Shown here: positions 59,147 through 64,000 of the stretch, piece by piece | Numbering within the stretch: the first letter of the stretch is position 1 | How the letters are laid out: each line of letters starts with the position of its first letter | Origin: an uncultured delta proteobacterium | Lineage (GTDB): Bacteria; Myxococcota; Kuafuiibacteriia; Kuafuiibacteriales; Kuafuiibacteriaceae | NCBI GenBank assembly: GCA_963803435.1 | Contig: CAWDML010000007.1 | Span: 32,001 to 96,000, forward strand | DNA length: 64,000 nucleotides | Reading direction: 5' to 3' | Made by a program: the position numbers and the translations under genes | The notes under the pieces: model-generated | Databases searched by the model: none | What the model saw: the letters and a program-made list of their open reading frames with translations, nothing else | What the model was told of the DNA's origin: nothing

Positions 59147-60205
59147 ATGGCGGATGTCGTCATCGTTGGAGCGGGTATCATCGGCTCCGCCGTCGGGCTG
59201 GAGCTGGCAAAGAGGGGCGTACGGACGCGGATCCTGGAACGTGCGGTCCCTGGGGCCGAATCGTCCTCCGCCGCCGCGGGCATGCTGGCGCCGCACCTCG
59301 AGGCCCACGGCCCGGACAGCGCCGGCTGGCAGCTGGGCGTGGAGAGCCTCAAGCGGTACGGCCCATGGGTCGACGAGATCCGCCGCCTGTCAGGCCTCGA
59401 GGTGGGCTACCTGACCGACGGCGGCGTGCGCGCGATCGCCACCGAGGCCGAGCTCGACCAGGGGATGAAGGAGATCGCGTGGCAGGTCGCGCGCGATGTT
59501 CCCGTCGAGCTCCTCGACCGCGCGCGCCTCGAGGCGATGCTCCCGGGCATCGACAGGCGATTCGCCGGCGGGCTGTTCTTCGGCAACGAGGCGCAGGTGG
59601 ATCCGCGGCTCCTGATCCGCGCGCTCTCGGTCGCGACGCGGCGCGCCGGCGCGGAGCATCTCACCGGCGTGACCGTGCGAAAGATCGTGACCGAGCGGGG
59701 CCGCGTCGCCGGGGTCGAGCTCGACGATCGCACCATCACCGCTGATGTGGTGGTCCTGGCCGCAGGCGCGTGGACCAGCCTGATCCCGGGTGTGCCGCTC
59801 CCCAAGAGCGCCGTCGAGCCGGCCCGCGGTCAGATGCTGGCCCTCGACGCGCGCCGCCGGCCGTTCGGACCGTTCGTCTGGACGAGCGCCGGATACCTGG
59901 TGCCACGCACCGACGGCCGCGTACTGGTGGGAGCGACCGTCGAGCGCGTCGGCTTTGACAAATCGGTCACCGCCGGCGGGATCCACGGGTTGCTCGAGGC
60001 GGCGATCGAGACCTTCCCGACGCTGCGCGACGCAGCGCTGATCGAGACCTGGGCCGGCCTCAGGCCGTACACCGAGGGCGATCAGCCGCTGATCGGCAAG
60101 ACGGACGTGGAGGGGCTGCTGGTGGCGACGGGCCACTACCGCAACGGCATCCTGCTGGCGCCGATCACCGCGGACATGATCGCGGATCAGGTCGTGCGGG
60201 GCTGA
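59147..60205 (+). CDS. thiO: Glycine oxidase ThiO
   Basis: GAGIIG, SSAAAGMLAP, AAGAW, YLVPR, WAGLRP, GHYRNGILLAP. Confidence 0.9.
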   Translation: MADVVIVGAGIIGSAVGLELAKRGVRTRILERAVPGAESSSAAAGMLAPHLEAHGPDSAGWQLGVESLKRYGPWVDEIRRLSGLEVGYLTDGGVRAIATEAELDQGMKEIAWQVARDVPVELLDRARLEAMLPGIDRRFAGGLFFGNEAQVDPRLLIRALSVATRRAGAEHLTGVTVRKIVTERGRVAGVELDDRTITADVVVLAAGAWTSLIPGVPLPKSAVEPARGQMLALDARRRPFGPFVWTSAGYLVPRTDGRVLVGATVERVGFDKSVTAGGIHGLLEAAIETFPTLRDAALIETWAGLRPYTEGDQPLIGKTDVEGLLVATGHYRNGILLAPITADMIADQVVRG

Positions 60206-60595
60206 TCAGCCGGAGAACGAAGAGCCGCAGCCGCAGGTGGTCTTCGCGGTCGGGTTGTTGAACTTGAAGCCGGCACCGGAGATGCCCATGACATAGTCGA
60301 TCACGGTGCCTTCGAGGTGCATGGCGGAGATCGGATCGACGAACACCGTCAGGCCGTCGAAGGACATCTCGAAGTCGCCCGGGCGCGTGGCGTTGTCGAA
60401 GTCGAGCCCGTACTGGAACCCGGCACAGCCGCCGCCCTGCACATAGACCCGGAGACCGTGGCCCACCAGCTTCTCGGCCTCCATCGCCTCCTTGACCATC
60501 TCGATCGCCTTCGGCGTGAGAAGCACAGGCGGCTCCTCATCCGGAGCGAGCACGATGTGACCGATGGTTTCGGTGGAAGAAGCGACCTGCGTCAT
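60206..60595 (-). CDS. erpA: A-type Fe-S carrier (ErpA/IscA)
   Basis: GGGCAGFQY, FNNP, TCGCGSSF. Confidence 0.9.
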   Translation of the reverse strand: MTQVASSTETIGHIVLAPDEEPPVLLTPKAIEMVKEAMEAEKLVGHGLRVYVQGGGCAGFQYGLDFDNATRPGDFEMSFDGLTVFVDPISAMHLEGTVIDYVMGISGAGFKFNNPTAKTTCGCGSSFSG

Positions 60596-60606
60596 ACCCC
60601 TCGACC

Positions 60607-61107
60607 TTAGTGCTCCGAGGGTCGATCGACAAGCATCCACCACCGGATCCGGTCGCCCGCGCCCATCTTCGCCTTCAAACCACCGCCCGTTGCGCCCCGG
60701 GTAGCCCTACCCACCGGCCGATCACCCGGGAGCACGACGAGATCGATCGGATCCGCATCCGCCGCAGTCTCGACCGCCAGCTCCGGACCTCGGAGGCGGA
60801 AGGTCCCGTGGATCATCATCTCGACCACGCCGTCGAGCCGGGTCTTGAGCTCCACGCCCTCCATCGCAATCGTTGCGGTGCCGGTCAGGAGTCGGACGCC
60901 ATCGAGCGCGCGCTGGGCCAGCACCGCCTCCACCTGCTTTCGCTCCATCAACAGCAGCGAGCGCTTGCGCTCCTCCCCGGTCACCTGAACGTGGAGGATC
61001 ACGTGCGCAATCTCGCCCGCGGGCTCGATCATCAGCGTGCGAGTGAACTGTCCTTGATGCGCCGCGAGCAGCGCGCCCAGCGCCAGGACCGCCTGCTCAA
61101 TGACCAT
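60607..61107 (-). CDS. Hypothetical protein
   Basis: ORF overlapping the stop of the upstream gene, co-directional. Confidence 0.55.
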   Translation of the reverse strand: MVIEQAVLALGALLAAHQGQFTRTLMIEPAGEIAHVILHVQVTGEERKRSLLLMERKQVEAVLAQRALDGVRLLTGTATIAMEGVELKTRLDGVVEMMIHGTFRLRGPELAVETAADADPIDLVVLPGDRPVGRATRGATGGGLKAKMGAGDRIRWWMLVDRPSEH

Positions 61108-64000
61108 GGCAGCCGAACAGCGCGAACAGCTTCAGGAGCGACGGAATGTTCCGCGGCGTCGGTCGCCGCACGCCGAGGACGCGGCCGAGGTCCTTCGAGC
61201 GGGCGGTGAGCCCGAAGCGGCGCACGCCCGGCGGATCGTACTGTCCGGCCATCCCGCCCGCGTCGAGGAACACCGGGTTGGTGAAGGCGTACGGCGTGGC
61301 GATCCGCGTCTGGGACGGCTTCAGGTTTCCGAACGGGCTGAAGTCGAAGCCGAAGCCGCTGGCGATCGAGCCGATGGCGTCGCTCACCTGCACCGACGGG
61401 ATCTCGCGCGGCGAGACCACCGGGAACATCGACTCGCTCCCGATCACCTCGGCCACCACCCAGCTGTCCCCGTCGACCTCGAGATCGGTGCTGAAGCGCG
61501 CCAGCGTGTCGCGGTCGCCGTCTGCAGTGGCGACGATGTCACCGTTCACGATCAGGTTGACGCGATCGATCTTCACCCAGTCGGCCGTCTTGGTGTCGAC
61601 GGTCACCGTCACGCGCTTGTTGCCGGTCGAGGCGACGTCGCCCACGCCGCAGGTGGTGCGATCGAGGCGCGCCCCGGTCTTGCGATCGAAGCAGCCGCCG
61701 TCTCCGGTGACGGAGAGCAGAACGAACGGTCCGTTGGTCACGAACGCGTGCTGGTTCTTCATGTCGTCGACGATCTCGAGCTCGTCGATCGCGCCCGGCC
61801 GATCATCGGTGACGGGAGTGAACGTGCGCGGGGTACCGGGCTCGTCGTCGAAGTCGTGGGTGTCGCTGTTTCCGGTGGCGGTGTAGATGCGTCCCGCGTT
61901 CAGGAGCTGGAACCAGTCCTCCAGCGCGCCCGGATAGGCGACGTTGCCGCGCTCGTCCCGTAGGATCTGGCCGGCCGGCGGGATGTTCGCGGGCAGCGGC
62001 GGCGGCGGCAGCTCCTCGGGCACCCGATAGTCTCGCAGCAGATCCCAGCGCTTGCCGTTGAACACCTCGATCGCGTCGAAGTTCCAGCTGAAGTTCCCCG
62101 GCCCGAACTCCGGACCGTTCGGCGACAGGATCGCGTTGTCGTCCTCCATCGGCTCCATCGTGTCCTGATCGACGTTGTAGTCGTTGAAGTAGCCGAGGAT
62201 GGTGTCGCGCGGATGGTTGACCTGCACCACCGTCTGCTCGGGCGAGAACGCGCCCAGGTTACGGATGTCGTCGAACAGCAGGTCCGGCGTGCGCCCCGAC
62301 CACTCGAAGGCGCCCTTGGTGATCGGCTCGACGTCGTACCGCAGCGGGAAGCCGTTGAAGTGCCCGATCTCGATGGTGGTCATCTCGAGGCCGATCATGC
62401 CCTGCACGTACTTCTCGATGCCCTGTGACGCGATCGCCTGCCGGTAGTCGGTGACGAAGTTGTGATCCGACGAGCAGGCCACGTCGACGCCCTCGGCAGC
62501 CACGTGCGCCACCCGGTTGTCGAGGCTGAGGAACGAGTCGACCGAGTTGACCGAGTGGAGGTGATAGTCGCCGGAGACCCAGCCCGGCGTGTCGTACGCG
62601 CGCTTCAGCATGGCGTCGACGCTGACGTGGCCGCGCTCCTCCACCACGATGTCCTGCGTGTACGTCTGGTACTCCATCCCGCGGGAGCAGATCGCCCGGT
62701 ACGCCCCGGGACGCACCAGGTCGGTCTTCTCGCCGGTGGGCGCCAGGATCATCTGCTCGATGAACCGCCGGGTGGACGGGTCGGACGTGTCCCTCACCAG
62801 GTCGGTGGGACGGAAGCGCTCGTCGAGCTTGAAGTCGAAGAGGAACTCGCGGCCCTGGAATCCGGCGGCGGCGACGCTGTAGGTCCCCACCAGGCTGCAC
62901 TTGCCGGGGATGAGGCGGCCGTCCTCACCGAGGATCCGGACGCTGACGCGACCTGGAGAGGGCAGCTCGATCTCGAGGAAGGTGGTCCGCCCCTCGGTCA
63001 CCTCGAACGGGATCGACTCGGTGGGATAGCGACCGTCGGCGAGCACGCGGTACGTGTACCTGCCCGGCTGATAGTTGCCCTTGAAGTTGCCCTGGGCGTC
63101 GGTGGTGTGCTGGTCGTAGGGCGAGCCGGTGGCGTCGAAGGTCATCACGCTGACGTGCGCCTCCGGCTGCTGGGAGAACTTCTCGCGCACGACGCCCGAG
63201 ACCCGTCCCACGGCGTCGCCGCGGATCTGGTGGACCACGTCGCGGATCGAGGCGACGTCCCCGGAGCCGACGATGAAGTACTTCTTGAAGGAGAACGCGT
63301 CCGCGCGACACTTCTGCTCCACGCAGTTGAAGTCGGTGGGGCAGAGGTTCTGGGCATCGCAGGTGTCCGGGCAGTCGTCGGAGTCGCAGACCTTGTCGCG
63401 CGCGTAGAGCTTCTTCGGCGCGGCCGCGTAGAACGCGCCCGTAAAGCCCGAGGCGAGGAACGGCACCAGCAGCGAGCTCGCCGGAGCGTCGTAGCCGTCG
63501 CGCGCGGCCAGCGAGAGGTTCGGATCGGTCACGCCGCTCATGAAGCCGTAGGAGACGCCGTCGCCCTTGGTGGCGAGAAAGGGCGTCAGCAGGCCGGGGA
63601 GCTGGGGGAGAGCGACCTTCTGCTTGTAGAGGTCCTCGAGCGTGAAGCGGACGTCGAAGCCCGCCTGCTCGGAGAAGACCGCGTTGCCCTTGCCAAACAG
63701 GATCACGTCACCCACGGGCAGCGGAAACTCCAGGCCTTCACCCAAGAACGAGCTGATGCTCTCGTTCGGGATCTCGACGCTGCTGGTGCCCTGGTAGCTG
63801 ATGGTGGTGGTGATCTCGACGTAGCGCTTCCCGGGCGCCAGCCGGTACTCGTTCCTGAAGCGGAGATCTGTGGAGTCGACGATCCCGTCGATGATGTTCT
63901 TGGCGAGGAAGATGAAGTCGGCCGGCTCGCCGCGAACGATCACCGACGCGCTCCCGTCGTCGTTGTAATGCGTGTCGATGCTGCTCGGGCGCATCGCCTT
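61097..64000 (-). CDS. CehA/McbA-type PHP metallohydrolase with beta-sandwich domains; 5' end outside the window
   Basis: GDYHLHS, SSDHN, GHFN, VNHPR, GNSDTH, FVTNGP, FTNPVF. Confidence 0.85.
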   Translation of the reverse strand, partial: KAMRPSSIDTHYNDDGSASVIVRGEPADFIFLAKNIIDGIVDSTDLRFRNEYRLAPGKRYVEITTTISYQGTSSVEIPNESISSFLGEGLEFPLPVGDVILFGKGNAVFSEQAGFDVRFTLEDLYKQKVALPQLPGLLTPFLATKGDGVSYGFMSGVTDPNLSLAARDGYDAPASSLLVPFLASGFTGAFYAAAPKKLYARDKVCDSDDCPDTCDAQNLCPTDFNCVEQKCRADAFSFKKYFIVGSGDVASIRDVVHQIRGDAVGRVSGVVREKFSQQPEAHVSVMTFDATGSPYDQHTTDAQGNFKGNYQPGRYTYRVLADGRYPTESIPFEVTEGRTTFLEIELPSPGRVSVRILGEDGRLIPGKCSLVGTYSVAAAGFQGREFLFDFKLDERFRPTDLVRDTSDPSTRRFIEQMILAPTGEKTDLVRPGAYRAICSRGMEYQTYTQDIVVEERGHVSVDAMLKRAYDTPGWVSGDYHLHSVNSVDSFLSLDNRVAHVAAEGVDVACSSDHNFVTDYRQAIASQGIEKYVQGMIGLEMTTIEIGHFNGFPLRYDVEPITKGAFEWSGRTPDLLFDDIRNLGAFSPEQTVVQVNHPRDTILGYFNDYNVDQDTMEPMEDDNAILSPNGPEFGPGNFSWNFDAIEVFNGKRWDLLRDYRVPEELPPPPLPANIPPAGQILRDERGNVAYPGALEDWFQLLNAGRIYTATGNSDTHDFDDEPGTPRTFTPVTDDRPGAIDELEIVDDMKNQHAFVTNGPFVLLSVTGDGGCFDRKTGARLDRTTCGVGDVASTGNKRVTVTVDTKTADWVKIDRVNLIVNGDIVATADGDRDTLARFSTDLEVDGDSWVVAEVIGSESMFPVVSPREIPSVQVSDAIGSIASGFGFDFSPFGNLKPSQTRIATPYAFTNPVFLDAGGMAGQYDPPGVRRFGLTARSKDLGRVLGVRRPTPRNIPSLLKLFALFGCHGH

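Overview
High-GC window, most consistent with a Myxococcota-type (deltaproteobacterial) chromosome: it has Ser/Thr kinases with N-terminal CxxC ribbons, FHA-sigma54 activators, an Hsp70 paralog, Cys-rich lipoproteins and T3SS-like sctJ/fliG-like genes. Core content includes tatD, metK, the lptB-rpoN-hpf-ptsN-hprK-rapZ-EIIA-EIIB/HPr-ptsI cluster, mlaEFD, dnaJ, trmH, queF, thiO and erpA. No rRNA, tRNA or CRISPR was recognised. Most notable observations: (1) two unrelated decayed IS elements (IS1182-like and IS5-like) each carry a four-helix-bundle (IVP/Avd-like) passenger gene and have ~65-bp inverted ends with target duplications; (2) an adjacent pair of sigma54 activators with complementary defects (GAFTGA but no HTH; HTH but no GAFTGA); (3) orphan sctJ + fliG-like genes at the end of an MCE/Mla operon; (4) an EIIB-HPr fusion in a PTS with no permease in the window; (5) tandem antisense -24/-12 motifs upstream of rpoN; (6) an nrtR-SPFH-NAD-kinase-like operon with a clear operator; (7) a peptidoglycan-binding/caspase-like protein and a heme-bearing barrel plus Cu/diheme pair; (8) four frameshifts that all sit at GATC sites, probably methylation-linked sequencing errors. 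All protein calls come from motif recognition by eye, not from database searches.
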